A DNA stretch of 64,000 bases from Rebecca billardiae RCC1528 (GCA_965240325.2 OZ251222.1:4464001-4528000), one strand, 5' to 3'; counted from the first letter of the stretch, positions 11,299 through 23,882 are shown. Notes: generated from the sequence alone by a model not told the origin. Program-made: numbers and translations.

Positions 11299-12915
11299 TG
11301 GCTGCCCGCGCGGCGGGCGTGGCGCCAGCGGCAAGATTCTACACCCCATCCATGGCATCTGCCCCCAAGCCACGCTTCCAGGGCCCGACGACACGCAAGG
11401 TGGCTAAGGTTTGCTGCTGAGTCTCGTCTACTATGAGTACTAATATATATGACCGCGTTCCGCGGTCCTTTTCTGCATAGAATCAACGCAGTTGGGGGCC
11501 CGCGGTGGCCGTGCAATCGCGGCTCTCCGCCGTAGTGGCAGTTCGCCAGTTGAAGTCGGTTCTGAGATGACTGAAGCTATATTAGTCCGACCGTCGCCCT
11601 GCCTGCGCGACCGCGAGACTCATTCACACTTCACACAATCACAGCAGCGGACCTGAGACCGCACCCGGCACCGGTCGTCAAATCGGACGTCCGTCTGACA
11701 ACTAGCTGCCAAATGTCCAACTGGCTGATCAGCTCGGATCCGACCCGTCCGCGATCGTGCCGAGTGAGTCGTGCCGCGGAGCTCGGAGTACTGAAGGAGT
11801 CGGGTGTGACAGCAGGGTGCTTTAGCGCTGCGGCCCGTGCCAGCCAACGACCAGACGTACTCTGGCCACTTGACCCGTTGCACGGGTGAGTGACCGTACG
11901 CCCTGCCTAGTGCCTACCGCGCGCGCCGCGCGACCGGCGACTCGGGGTGATGGAGAGCGGATGGCGACAGCAGCAGCAGTCCTCATGAAGACGATGAAAC
12001 TGGCGGCACGGGTGCACGAGGTGGCAGGCGAAAGCGCGCCGACGAGACCGCATTTGACACACCTGAGCCGCACGCGCGTGCCGTCGCCGAGCCCGAGCGG
12101 CGAGCGCTGCAAACGCGCAACCGTACCGCGCGCGCCACGACGGCGCGGCACTAGCTGATGCAGGCCGTACTGCCGGCACTGCTTCTGCGATCATGCGCCA
12201 CGGTCGCAGCTGACTGCGTGAGCAGCAAGCGGGAGGCGGGTCCGGAGGCACGTGCAGGCGCCGTCCCGCATATCCGCCATCGCCCATCGTGCCGGGGCAC
12301 GTCACCTCCGACGATCCGGATGTGGCCCAGTCCGGACGTCACGCGATCCGGGAAGACGAGTACGATTCGCTCGTAACGAACCGTTACACTAATGTCACGT
12401 CCAGCTGACGTCCAGATCGCACTTTACTTAAGGGAATCAGCTGGGCGCGCTTTTTTTTGGCCTGATAGACCTCTCAATGCGATCTCAAAAACTCGAAACT
12501 CGGTCTCCGCCAGCCCTAAAAATCGCCCCCCGTCCCTTTTTTCCGCCGCCCCCCGTCCCTTTTTTCTTGATCAAAGATCTTTTTGAAACGTGGTTCGGGC
12601 CCGCTGGTGCGGGCTCCACGCTGCGCGCTCCGCCCTGCACCGCGGGCCATAATAATAATATACTAATTTAGACATATAATTACGACGACGAATTATTATA
12701 AGAAATAAGCAGCGGCTTATTCGCGTCCGGTCGGATGGTGAGAACACTACTGAGTCTGAGAACGTTCGCGTGCTCGACGAACTCGCCGTTCTCGATCGCC
12801 GCCTCCATCGTGATCGCCTCCTCGTGTACACGTGGCCAACGTTACGAACTACCGTAGGCGGTCGTCCGACAAAGCTGCCATCATGCTATGAGGCCCATCA
12901 GAGCACGATTCAGTC

Positions 12916-13845
12916 TCAAACGGCTTCAAGCCCGACATCCGCGCGTGGAGCTCCCACTGCTGGGGCAAAAGCAACACCTGGTCGTCGCCACGTCACCGGA
13001 AAGTGCTCGTCCGGCAGCCGGCCGCTTCCATCTGCGGGCACGTACTTCTTCCAGAGGCGTCCCACCTGCACGTCAGGCCTGAACGCCACGCAGCTCGCGG
13101 GCACGAAGTGCATGCCAAGTCCACGACGCGTGCGGTCGGCGGTTCGGTTCGGGCCCGAGCCGTGCCAGGTGCGCCCGTCGTGAATGCCCGCGCCCCCTGC
13201 CTCGACGCGCACCATCGCGATGTCGAGGCTCCCCGTGTCTACCCCCTCGCGCGCGGCCGCATCGTGCAGGAGTGCGTGCCTGTCCTCGTCGAAGAAGTGC
13301 TTCGCCGAGCCACGCCGGCCGTCGCCCCAGCGGTGCGAGCCAGATACGTACTCCAACGGGCCCACCTGGTCATCCATGCGATCGAGCGCCAGCCACACCG
13401 TCACCACACTCGACGAGAAGTCCTCAAAGTATGTCGTATCTCTGTGGAAGACCAGCGGGCCCGCGCCTGGCGGCTTGAGCCAGACCTGGTCCTGTGCGAC
13501 GCGCGTGCCGTCCCAGCCAGCGAAGCGTGCGACGATCTCGCCCAAGGCCGGGCTGTGGACCAACTCGGCGAATGCGCGGTCGGCCTTCCATATGTTGATA
13601 ATCTGCAAGGTCCTGTTGCCTGCGCGCTGCGCACTTCCACCGGGAAACTTGTCCGGAGCGACGCCAGTGTCAAATTCGCCGCGCAGGACGGCGTCGAGGC
13701 GAGAGGCGAGGCGCGCGGCTTGCTCCGCAGACACGAGGCGATCGATGGTTACATGGCCACACTCGCGGAACGACTGAGTGGCCCGCTCGTCGGGCACGGC
13801 CGCCTCAATCCATATGTCCGCCATCGTGGAGAGCTTGCCATGCAT
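12916..13845 (-). CDS. Phytanoyl-CoA dioxygenase (PhyH) family Fe(II)/2-oxoglutarate oxygenase
   Basis: WLKPPG, FHRD (HxD), VTVWLALD, GPLEYVSGSH, WHGSGPN...RR; intronless; start may be the second Met (13824). Confidence 0.92.
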   Translation of the reverse strand: MHGKLSTMADIWIEAAVPDERATQSFRECGHVTIDRLVSAEQAARLASRLDAVLRGEFDTGVAPDKFPGGSAQRAGNRTLQIINIWKADRAFAELVHSPALGEIVARFAGWDGTRVAQDQVWLKPPGAGPLVFHRDTTYFEDFSSSVVTVWLALDRMDDQVGPLEYVSGSHRWGDGRRGSAKHFFDEDRHALLHDAAAREGVDTGSLDIAMVRVEAGGAGIHDGRTWHGSGPNRTADRTRRGLGMHFVPASCVAFRPDVQVGRLWKKYVPADGSGRLPDEHFPVTWRRPGVAFAPAVGAPRADVGLEAV

Positions 13846-13988
13846 TGTCAGCAGAGCCGCCTGGTGATTTTAATTTCCCTTCTGATTAAAATGCTCGATG
13901 ATCTGGATCCGCCCGATCTTGACCGAGACTCAAATTGACGATTAGCTATGCATGACGACCGTCTAAAACTAACTCTGGCGGACTCCGC

Positions 13989-14903
13989 TCATTCGGCGGT
14001 CGCGAGTGCGTCGCCCACCTCGTCCACGCGCTTGATTGCCTCGCCCAGAAACTCGGCGACGACGCTCTGCGTGAGCGAGCCCGAGGGCAGCTCGAGCACC
14101 AGCTGCGCGACCTCCTCCTTGAGCGCCTGCGACGCGGTCGAGAGCGAAAGCTCGCCCGCGCGCGCGCGCTCGCGCAGCACGGTCGACCACTCGTCGGGCT
14201 CGACGGAGAAGACAGCGCGCGCGGCGTCGCGCGGCTCCTCGCGCAGACCCGCGCACATCGAGAGCAGCAGCTCCGACGCGAAGACCTGCAGCACCTTCTG
14301 CAGGACGACGACCATGCCGTCGAACCGGTCGTCCGCGCACTTTTTGATGAACGAGCGCACGGTCGCGACAAAGGACTCGTCGAGCTGCGGCAGCGTGGTG
14401 CGCACGCGCTCGCGGAGGGCCGCGAGCTTCTCGGCGGGTACGGGCGTGACAAACTCCCCCCGCTCGTCGGTGAGCATCGCGATCAGCTCCTGCGCTTGCC
14501 TGCTCTTCTCATCGGCCACCTTGTCCGTCTGCTCCACGGCCGACTGCAGTGTGCGCGAGACAATGTCCGCGAGCTCGGAGAGGCGCGCCTTTTCCAAGCG
14601 GTCCTCGGTCGCGTCGCAGAGCTCGGCGAGGCGCAGGAAGAAGGACGCGTCGATCATCCCGATGTTCTCAGCCACCAGCTGCATCAGCTGCTGCGTGGAC
14701 GTCGAGCGCATTTTGTGAATGAGCTCGTCCACGCTCGATGGCGCGGACGATGCGACCACGCGCCCGCGCGCGCTTCCGAGCGAGGGGGCGAACGCGGAGC
14801 GCGGGTGTCTCCGGTAGTACGCCGCCGCGCTCAGCGGCGCATAGCCCGTCGTCGCGGGCAGCACGAGCAGACAAGCAACCGGCGCGAGGAGGCGAACGAG
14901 CAT
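13989..14903 (-). CDS. Hypothetical helical protein, probably plastid-targeted
   Basis: MLVRLLAPVACLLVLPATTG signal peptide, then an Arg/Ser-rich transit-like stretch containing SAFAP; coding codon bias. Confidence 0.75.
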   Translation of the reverse strand: MLVRLLAPVACLLVLPATTGYAPLSAAAYYRRHPRSAFAPSLGSARGRVVASSAPSSVDELIHKMRSTSTQQLMQLVAENIGMIDASFFLRLAELCDATEDRLEKARLSELADIVSRTLQSAVEQTDKVADEKSRQAQELIAMLTDERGEFVTPVPAEKLAALRERVRTTLPQLDESFVATVRSFIKKCADDRFDGMVVVLQKVLQVFASELLLSMCAGLREEPRDAARAVFSVEPDEWSTVLRERARAGELSLSTASQALKEEVAQLVLELPSGSLTQSVVAEFLGEAIKRVDEVGDALATAE

Positions 14904-15435
14904 GACGGTCCCGGTCTGCCTCGTCGGGATGATCGGTTGATTGATGAGGCGAAGCCTCGCGAGACCACGTTGACGTGGCACGCTCCCGGACGCCGCTGAC
15001 GCGGCTGCCGCGACGCCCGCCGCCCCGAGATTCCGAATCTCAGGATCGAGTCTCGAGAGTCGAGACCTTTCGATCTCGCTCCGGCAGATTTCGAGCTTTT
15101 CTGATGAAATCGCTCCTTGTGCCCACGGCCACCACGTCTTTGGAAAAATGCCTCCTGTCAACCAGCATGGCCGATGCCGATGGTGGTCAGGATTGGCGCC
15201 GCTTGCTTGGACTACAGTTTTAAAAAAGTAGTGCTTGACCAAGAGGCATCGAGGAGCCTCGAGGTGGGCGAGCGAGCAAGGCACGTTTGGCGCCGCGCCG
15301 CGCTCGGAGGGCTTGGAATCCTTCCCACGGGGCCGCCAGGTATGCATCCCCGTGCAGCCGGCGCTTGCTGGCGATTCAGGAGCCACTGCATCGCAGTAAC
15401 CGCAAGTCCAGCGGAGCCGAGCAGTCAGGCACAGC

Positions 15436-17789
15436 TCACGCGTCGAGGGGCCCTCGCCCCACAGGCACGAGCAGCAGCTCTGGCGTGAGCGCGGGCGAGA
15501 CGGCGCCGGCGCACTGCACGGAGAGCGCGGCGGCTGCCAGCCCGACGCGCACGCACTCGGCCTCGGGCAGCCCGCGCAGGCACGCGGCGGTGAAGCCCGC
15601 GGCGAGGCAGTCGCCCGCGCCGCTCGTGCACTCGACGGCGCGCACGGGGTGCGCCGGGTAGTACTCGATGCGCGGAGCCGACGTGGGGCTGTCGCCCGGC
15701 TCAGCGCGCGCGGCCAGCAGCACGCCGCGCGCGCCGCGCGTCGCGACGACACGCGACACGCCGTGCGCCAGCACCGCGCGCGCCGCCGCCTCGAGCGCCG
15801 CGTCTGGCTGCCCCGCGCCGCCCTCCGCCGGCGCGCCGCGCCGCTCCCCGCGCCCGTGCAGGGCGCCCGCGATCGCCATCAGCTCGTCCGCGTTCGGGAA
15901 CAGCGTGTGCACCCCGCGCAGCGCGCCGGCGGCTGCGAGCGCGGCGGCCTTGGGGACCGAGACCGGCTCAAGGAAGAGAGGCACGGCGCGCGCGGCGCAC
16001 ACGCGGCCGAGCGCGCCGAGCGCGGCCGCGCTCAGGTTGGCGTCGGCGAGGACGAGGCCGCACAGCCCGTCGTCGCGCACGCCCGAGGCGGTGCGCACGC
16101 CGAGGGCGGCGGCGGCGACGTCCGCGGCCCAGCCGGCGTCGAGCGCGGCGTCGAAGATCACCATGTCCGCGACGGCCGCGGCGAGCTCGCCGTCCGCGTC
16201 GTGCAGCGCCGCGTACGTCGCGGTGCGCGCGCCGCGTACCGTGCGCACGTGCGTCGTGTCGACGCCCGCGCGCGCGCACTCGGCGAGCGCGAGCGCGCCG
16301 AGCGCGTCGTCGCCGACCGCGCTGCCGAGCACAGCCGGGCTGCCGAGCCGGGCGAGCGCCTCGGCGACGTTGCGCCCTACGCCGCCCGCGCTCAGCCCGA
16401 TCGTGCCCGGGTTGGACGTGCCGCGCACGAGCGGCCGGCTCGGCAGCGGCCGCGCCGTCAGGTCGGCCACGATCCCGCCGACGACGAGCGCGCGCGCGCT
16501 CGGCGCCGCGCTCGGCGCCGGCGGCGCGCCGCCGATGGCGCGCACGAGCAGCGGGCGCGGGGGCGGGGCGCGCGCCGAGATGGCGGCGTACGCCTCGGCG
16601 GGCGCGCGCACGCGGCGCATCAGCGCGCACGCCAGCCGCGCGCCCGCCGCCGCGTTGTTCCGGATCAGCGCCATGTTGGCGCGCAGCGAGTCGCCGTCAG
16701 TGAGCTCGGCCACGCGCGCGAGCAGGTAGGGCGTGGTGGCGGCGCCCGAGATGGCCGCGGCGGACGCGTCGCCGAGCGCGCGCTGGATGGCCGCCTCGAC
16801 GCGCGCGCCCGCCGCCGCGTGCTCGGGCGGGATCGGCGCGCACACGAGCTGCCCCGAGCCGAGCCGCAGCTGCAGCGCCGCGTGCACCGCCGCCGCCGCC
16901 TCCTCCTCGCCCGCCCAGCACAGCGGGGACGCATGCCCCGAGTCTGCGCTGAAGAAGGCGGGGAAGGCGCACCCGGCCGGGCCGAGCGTGCCCACGGTGA
17001 CGCCGGCGGTCTCGAGCACCTCGAGCGTGCGCCCGATGTCGAGGATCGACTTGACGCCCGCGCACACCACCGCCACCGGCGTGCGCGCCAGCTCGGCCAG
17101 ATCGGCCGAGATGTCCAGCGAGTCCTGACCGCCCCGGTGCACGCCGCCGATGCCGCCCGTCACAAACACGCGGATGCCCGCGAGCGCGGCGAGGAGCATC
17201 GTCGCGCTGACCGTGGTCGAGCCGTGCGCGCCGAGCGCGACGACGTGGGCCAGGTCGCGCCGCGACACCTTGCGCACCTGCCCCGCGCCCAGCCTCGCCA
17301 GCCGCTCGAGCTCAGCCGCGCTGAGCCCGACGATGCAGCGGCCGTCGAGCACCGCGATCGTGGCGGGCACCGCGCCGTGCGCGCGCACGATGTCCTCGAC
17401 GGCGCGCGCGGTCTCGAGGTTCTGCGGGTACGGCATGCCGTGCTGCGGAAGGGCGCGCCGCGCGCGCGAGGCGGCGCGGGACGCAGCGGCGGCTGAGGCG
17501 CGGCGCGCGGCGGCGCGCGCACCCGACACGCCGGCGCCGGCGCCGAGCGCGACGCCCCGGCACCGGCGTTTGCGCGGCGCGGCGCGGCGCGAGGCATGGC
17601 GGGCGCACGGCGGCGCACCGTGATGATCGTACTCTCGAGCGCGACGACCGCGTCGTTCGCGCGCACCGCGTCGGCCACGGCGGCGCTGACGAAGAGATGA
17701 GGGCAGAGCTCGTCGTCAGCGGACGAGGGCGGCTGCAGCATCGGCGACGAGGCGGCGAGGTGGCGGCTCAGCGTGTGCAGGCGGTGCAT
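15436..17789 (-). CDS. psuG: Bifunctional pseudouridine-5'-phosphate glycosidase / PfkB pseudouridine kinase
   Basis: VVALESTIIT|HGMPYPQN, TGGIGGVHRG, DISADL, CAGVKSILD (PsuG); GGVGRNVAE and GAGD (PfkB); intron 17443-17618; N-terminal RLHTLSRHL. Confidence 0.95.
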
Positions 17790-18198
17790 GGGCGCCGGGC
17801 TGGGGGGCGTGAGCGAGGCTGGCGGCGGCGTCCCCGACGTCATCTGCGTCGGCCGCGTGCGGTCAGGGTCGGTGGGGCGTGCGGCCGGCCGAAATTGTGC
17901 TCGGCGGGCCAGGTGATCGCGGAGTCGCGGACGGCACGCTGACGTGCGCGACTGCGACGGCGGCGCTGCGGACGGAACCAGTGCGGACACCCTTGGCGGC
18001 AATGCAGAGGGTGACTCCCTTGGCAGAGGAGAAGCCAGTCTGAGTTGCGGCCCTGGATGAGGATGGTCATGGTCAGCAGCCCCGCCCACTGATCGCGAAC
18101 CGTCAGTCATGACTCATGAGTCACAGTGATCACACGCGACGGCTAGAGTCGGCTGCGCGTGAGAGAGACACAGGCTGGAGTCGCTGGCAGCCGACCCG

Positions 18199-20979
18199 CT
18201 AGTGATGATGGTACGCCAGGCGGCGCGGCGAGAGGCGCTGGTGGGGCGAGCGCGCGCGCATCGCCGCCGAGGCTGCGAGCGCGGACGATGCGTACGAGCT
18301 CAGAGTGCCCGGCGGCGCGCCGTGCGCGGGGCAGGCTGCTGCGTACGCGCCTCCGTGCGCGTAGCCCGCGCGCGAGGTCCCGCGCGGCTGCGCCGTGGGC
18401 GGCTTGGGCCGCGCGCCGCCGTGCCGGGCGGCGAGCGCCCCCTCGCGCTCCGGCGGGGCGGCGGCGCTCGGCCGGGGCGGCGGCGCGGCCACGTCCCCTC
18501 CGCGCGTGCTCACAGGTGGCGAGGGTGCGCGCAGCAGCTGGCGCGCGGCACTGCCGGTCGTCGGCGCAGCGGCCGAGCCGCCGTCCGCGCCGTGCGGTGG
18601 CGCGGCCGTGCTCTCCCTGCGCGCGCGCGCGAGCTCGGCCGCGCGCGCCTGCATCGCGGTCGGCGCGCGAGGCCGAGGCTCCTCGGGGGCACGCGGCAGC
18701 AAGGGCGGCGGTGGCGCGTGCCTGTCTGCGGCGGCGGGCGGGCGCGCGGCGGAGGGCGCGGCGCTGCCCGCGGTCGCGAGGGCCAGCCAGTCCTGCAGCG
18801 TGCCGCCGCCCGCCTGCGTCGGCGCGCCGAGCTGGTTGGGCTGCCGGGCGCGCTCAGCCATCACCACCAGCCGCGCCGCGTTGGCCTGTGCGCCCGCGAG
18901 CCGCAGCCGCAGCGAGCGCACCTCTGCCGACTCGGCCGCCGCCGCCTCGGCGGCGCGCTCGTCAGCCGGGTGCGGGTGGAGGGGCGAGCCGAGCACGGCG
19001 CCCGCGTCCGCGAGCGCCCTCGCGCGCCGCGCGCGCGCCGCCCGCAGCGCCGCGTTCGCCGAGCTCGGCGGCATCCCCAGGTGCACGCGCAGCCGCTCCA
19101 CCTCCGAGGCGAGCTCGGTGGCAGCGGCGTCCAGCTCGGCGTTTGCGCGGTGCAGCGCGTGCGCGCGCGCGTCGGCGGCGCGCGCCGAGTCGAGCGCGTC
19201 GCGCGCGAGCTGGGCGAAGGTGCCGTCGCCGCGCTCGAGCGCGGCGATCTCGGCGCACAGCGCCGCCACGTCCGCGTGCGCCGGCTGCTGCGCCGGCGGC
19301 TCCAGCCGCGCCGCGCTCGCCTCGAGCCCGCCGAGCGCGGCGCCGAGCTCAGCCGCCATGCAGCCCAGCTGCGCGAGCGCGCCGCGCGCGCGAGAGAGAC
19401 CCTCTGCGCGCTCCGCCGCGTCGGCGAGCGCGGCGCCGACGCCGTCCTCGATCTCGTCGAGCGCGAGGAGCAGGGCCATGCCGTCCGCGGGCGGCGGCGG
19501 CGGCTCCCACCCCACGCGCGCCACGCCGCCCACGCCGGCCGCGCCCGCCGCGCGTGCTCCCTCGCGCGCGGCCGCCTCCCGCTCTCGCGCGCCGCGCACG
19601 AGGGCCGCCTCGCGCGCGGCGCTGAGCTCGGCGTGCGCGGCTTCGGCGTCGGCGGCGGCGCGCGCGGCGGCGCGGGTCTGCCTCGCGAGCATCTCCACGA
19701 GCGACGCCTTCTCCTCGGGCCAGTGCGCCGCCGCCTCGAGCAGCTCCGCGGTCGCGCCGTCGAGCGCTGCGGGCGGCGCGTGTGCGAGCTGCGCGCGCGC
19801 GCCGTCCGCGTCCGCGCGCGCCTCGTCGACGGCGGCGCGTAGGCGGTCCGCCTCGGCGCGCGCGTCGGCGAGCTCGGCGGCGAGGGCGGCGGGCGAGGGC
19901 TCGAGCGCCGCCACGCCGCGCGCCTCCTCGCGCGCGGACGCCAGCGTCCCCTCAATCCGTGAGCGCACGTCGGCGAGCGCGCGGCCGTGCTCGGCCGCTG
20001 CGCGCGCGCGCTCGGCCGCGGCCGCGCCGGCCGCGCGCTCGAGCTCGGCGGCGAGGGTGGCGGCGCGCTCGCGCAGGGCGGCGTTCTCGGTCTGCGCGGC
20101 GGTGAGCGCGTGCTCCGCGCGCTCGCGCGCCGTCAGCGCGTCGGCGAGCGCGTGCGCCGCGTCGTCCCCCGCCGAGGCGTCAGCCGACGGCGGCGGCGGC
20201 GGCGGCGGCGCGCCCGCCGGCCGCGGCGCGCCCGCGGGCGCGGCCGCGCGCGCGCGCTCGTGCGCGGCGGCGCCGGGCGAACTGGCCTGTGCGAGCTGCG
20301 CGCGCAGCGGGCCGAGCTCGCTCAGCGTGCTCACCGCGTGCAGCACGGGCAGCCGCTCGTCGAGCACGCTGCCGATCTGCTCGCGCACGCCCGCTGCCAT
20401 CAGCGTGAGGGAGGTGTGGCGCGCGTCCGCCGCGGCCGCGCGCTCGCGCAGGCGCTCGATCTCGGCGCGCGCGTCGTCGAGCGCGGCGAGTGCCTCGGCG
20501 CGCTGCCGCACCGCCGTCATGCACGCCTCCTGCAGCTGCGCGGCGGAGCGCACCGACTGCCGCCGCAGCTCGTCCATCTCCGCCGCGAGCGTGCGGTGCA
20601 GCTGGCCGCTCGCCTCCTCGCACGCGTCGGCGCGGCGGACGGCGTCGGCGGCGTCGGACTCGGCGCGCGCGCGGGCGGAGGTCTCGGCAAGGAGGCGCTC
20701 CCGCGTGCGCGCGGCCTCGCGCTCGCTCTCGCCCAGGCTCGAGCGCAGCAGCTCGAGCTCGACGCGCGAGCGCTGGCCCGCCGCGAGCGCGCGCACGCGC
20801 TCGGGCGACGGCGGGAGCTGCGGCCGGCGGGTGGGCGACGAGCCGTGGGCGCTCGAGCGTGGGGAGGTGGGCGAGCGTGGACCACCGCCGCTGTCCGGGC
20901 GCGCGCGCACGGGCGGCGGCCGCGGCGGCGGCGGCGGCGGCGCGGCGCCGACGCTGCCGGTCAGGTAGCGCGCATGCAT
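18199..20979 (-). CDS. Ala/Glu/Arg-rich coiled-coil protein, unknown function
   Basis: Long ORF with heptad-like segments and GC3 codon bias on the minus strand. Confidence 0.7.
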   Translation of the reverse strand: MHARYLTGSVGAAPPPPPPRPPPVRARPDSGGGPRSPTSPRSSAHGSSPTRRPQLPPSPERVRALAAGQRSRVELELLRSSLGESEREAARTRERLLAETSARARAESDAADAVRRADACEEASGQLHRTLAAEMDELRRQSVRSAAQLQEACMTAVRQRAEALAALDDARAEIERLRERAAAADARHTSLTLMAAGVREQIGSVLDERLPVLHAVSTLSELGPLRAQLAQASSPGAAAHERARAAAPAGAPRPAGAPPPPPPPSADASAGDDAAHALADALTARERAEHALTAAQTENAALRERAATLAAELERAAGAAAAERARAAAEHGRALADVRSRIEGTLASAREEARGVAALEPSPAALAAELADARAEADRLRAAVDEARADADGARAQLAHAPPAALDGATAELLEAAAHWPEEKASLVEMLARQTRAAARAAADAEAAHAELSAAREAALVRGAREREAAAREGARAAGAAGVGGVARVGWEPPPPPADGMALLLALDEIEDGVGAALADAAERAEGLSRARGALAQLGCMAAELGAALGGLEASAARLEPPAQQPAHADVAALCAEIAALERGDGTFAQLARDALDSARAADARAHALHRANAELDAAATELASEVERLRVHLGMPPSSANAALRAARARRARALADAGAVLGSPLHPHPADERAAEAAAAESAEVRSLRLRLAGAQANAARLVVMAERARQPNQLGAPTQAGGGTLQDWLALATAGSAAPSAARPPAAADRHAPPPPLLPRAPEEPRPRAPTAMQARAAELARARRESTAAPPHGADGGSAAAPTTGSAARQLLRAPSPPVSTRGGDVAAPPPRPSAAAPPEREGALAARHGGARPKPPTAQPRGTSRAGYAHGGAYAAACPAHGAPPGTLSSYASSALAASAAMRARSPHQRLSPRRLAYHHH

Positions 20980-21117
20980 CGCCGCTGCACAGCCGCCATC
21001 CAAACGGAGGGTGCCCGGCAGACGGGCCGTTTCAGTCCGGCATCCGGCGCCGGAGGTTCAAAACGGGCCGTCGCCGCCGGCCGAGGCGCCCGAGTCCCCG
21101 CCAGACGCGCACGACCG

Positions 21118-21563
21118 ATGCACTCGCCGCGGCTCACGTCGCCGAGCGCGGTGGCCAAGGCGGCGGTCGGCGAGCCGATCGCGCGCAAGGCGATGAAGCA
21201 CAACGCGAACGCCGATGTGAAGCTCGCGCGCGCGCGCCAAGCCATCCTGCGCCGCTGGAAGCTGCGGCAGCAGCTGCGCGAGAGGCAGCAGCTCGCGCAC
21301 ACGCAGCGGACGGCGGTCGCCGCCACCTCGCCCGGCCCGCCGCCCACGAGCCACGCCGAGCCGTCCAAGCGCCGCGCGTCGAGCGAGGCCGACGACGCCC
21401 TCGGCGCCCTCCGCGCGCGCATCAGCGCGCTGCGCGCGGACAACAGCGATCTGATGCGCTCGCTCGATCAGGCGGACGCGCGCGCGCACGCGACCGCCGC
21501 CGTGCTCGCGCGCAGCGTGCGCGAGTGCGAGGACGTCGAGCTCGGCGCGCTCGTGCACGCGCA

Positions 21564-21595
<32 letters not shown>

Positions 21596-23306
21596 ACTCG
21601 TCCGAGGCGGAGGGTCGCTCCCTGCGCTCACAGCTCGAGGGCGCGCGCGCTGAGCTCGAGGGCGCGCGCGCCGCCGCGGCCGCGCGCGAGGCCGCCGAGC
21701 AACGCAGCGCGGCGCGCGCGCTCGCGGCCGAGCAGGCGGCGAACGGCGCCGAGGCGCGCGCGCGCGAGGCCGAGGCGCGCGCGCACGACGCGTGGCGCGA
21801 GCTGGTGGGTGCGCGCGCCGAGGCGGCCGCTGAGCGCGAGGCGGAGGCGGTGGCGCACGCCGCGGCGCTCAGCGAGGCGCGGGGGGCGGCGCGCGACGCC
21901 GGCGCACGCGCGGACGGGGCCGAGGCGCGCGCGGCCGAGGCGGAGCGGCGCGCGGCCGAGGCGCGCCGCGCGGCCGACGCGGCGCGCGCGGACGCGGCCG
22001 GCGCGGCCGCGCGCGCGGACGCGGCGGACGCGGGCGCGGCGGACGCGGAGCGCCGCGCGGACGCGGCCCTCGCCCGCCGCGCCCACGCCGAGGCCGAGGA
22101 GCAGCAGGCGGCCACGCGCGCGGCGGAGGCGGAGGCGCGCGTGGCGGCCGAGGTGGCGGCGTTGCGCGCCGAGGCCGAGAGCGCGCGCCTCAAGGCGGCG
22201 GAGGCGGCGCAGGCGGCGGCGCGCGCCGCCAACGCCGCCGCGCGCGCCCAGGCGGGCGAGGAGGCGGCGCGCCGAGCGGCCGCGCGCGCGGAGGCGGAGG
22301 GCGGCGCGCGCGCGGACGCCGCGCTCGCGGCCGCGCGCGCGGACGCGAGCACGCTGGCCGACGCGCTGAGCGCCGCGGAGGCCGAGGCGCGCGCCGAGCG
22401 CGCGCGCGCCGAGGCGGCCGAGGCGCGCGCGGCCGGCGCGGACGCGCGCTGCGCCGAGTGGAAGGCCCGCGCCTCGGCCGCACTCGACGAGCTGAGCAGC
22501 GGCGCGCGCGCGGCGGCGCACGGCGCGGACGCGGCGCTCGGCAAGGGGGCGGCGGCGCGCGGCGCGCCCGCGCCGGCCGCGCACCTGCCGGCGGCCGCGG
22601 CGGCGGCGCGCGCGCGCGCGCGGGACACGCCGCGCCCGGACGCCCCCGACGTGCCGCGCGCAGCCGCGCCGCACGAGGCAGGCGGCGGCGCGGCGGCGGC
22701 CGCGGCCGCCCCGGCCCCGGCGCGCGCGCCGGGCGCTGCGCCCAAGGGCGGCGGCGGGGCGGCGGCGGTCGGCTCGCCGCCGGCGCGCCGCGGCGTCGAG
22801 CACGCGCCCTCGCTGTACGAGCGTGCGCGCCGCGGTGCCAGCGCCGCCGCGCGCCCCTCGCCCCCGGCCGCCTCGCCGCCGCCGCCGCCGTCCTCGCCGG
22901 CGCTGCCGCCGTCCGCAGAGCAGCCGCAGCCGGCGCGCGCGGCGCCGGCGAGCGGCGACGCGCCGTCGGCAGCGCCGACGGCGGGCGCGCAGCCGGCGGC
23001 GCCGGCCGACGACGCGAGCCGCGCGGCGCTCGCCGTGAGCACGGCTCTCGCGCGGCGCGCCGAGCGCGAGCGCCGCTGGCTCGCCTCCGAGATGGCGGCG
23101 GTCACGGAGCTGCACGCCGCGGCGGTTGCGCGCGCGCGCTCGCGCTCGCAGCCGCGCGCCGCGCCGCCGCCCGCCGCCGGCGCGGCAGCCGACACGAACG
23201 CGAGCGAGCGGCTGCGCCGCTCTGCGGCGCAGCGCGAGCAGTTGCAGGCGGCGATGCGCACGAGCGCCGCGCGCTACGCCAAGCTCGACGGCGCTCGGCG
23301 CGACTC

Positions 23307-23338
<32 letters not shown>

Positions 23339-23601
23339 CCGAGCCGGACGCGGGCGCGAGCCGGCCCGCGAGCCGCGCGCCGACGCCGCCGGGCGTCTCG
23401 CCGCGCGCGCCGTCGGCCGGGACGGCGCTCGCGGCCGAGCGGCTGCACGACAAGCAGGAGCACGCGCGCGAGCGGCACGAGCGCTGGCTGGAGCGCGCCG
23501 CCGCCGCCACCGCCACCGCTGCGGTGGAGAAGAAGGCGCCGGGCGCCGCGCGGCCGGCCCATCGGCCGCCGCTCGCAGCGCGCTCGGCGAACGCGCACTG
23601 A
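21118..23601 (+). CDS. Ala-rich coiled-coil protein, unknown function
   Basis: ATG at 21118 within the 19987-23601 frame; long AE/AR helical stretch; divergent from the 20979 gene. Confidence 0.7.
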
Positions 23602-23882
23602 GCCGCGCAGGGGCAGCGCTGCTGCGGTGCCCGTAGCCTGCGCCGCCGCCGAGCGTCAGACAGCTTCCGATCGCATCGGGCGAGCCGGGGCGTGTGCTCG
23701 CGGCGGCCATGCTGACGCGCGGACAAGCACTCTATTGACGAGACTGATTGATGTAGGATTTGGCCCAAACCTCGCAAAATCAGATCTCCACCCTGCGATG
23801 CGGCAAGTGGCAGTGTCGCAAGGAGGGCTGCCGCTGCCACTGGCTCCATGGCCTCCGTCTGATCAGCGCTTCCCCCGTGTGC

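Noticed and set aside
11886-12376. Short ORFs between the repeat island and PhyH
   Set aside because: No recognisable motif or consistent codon bias
12525-12566. 19-nt direct repeat GCCCCCCGTCCCTTTTTTC
   Set aside because: Probably part of a small repeat element, but boundaries cannot be defined from this window
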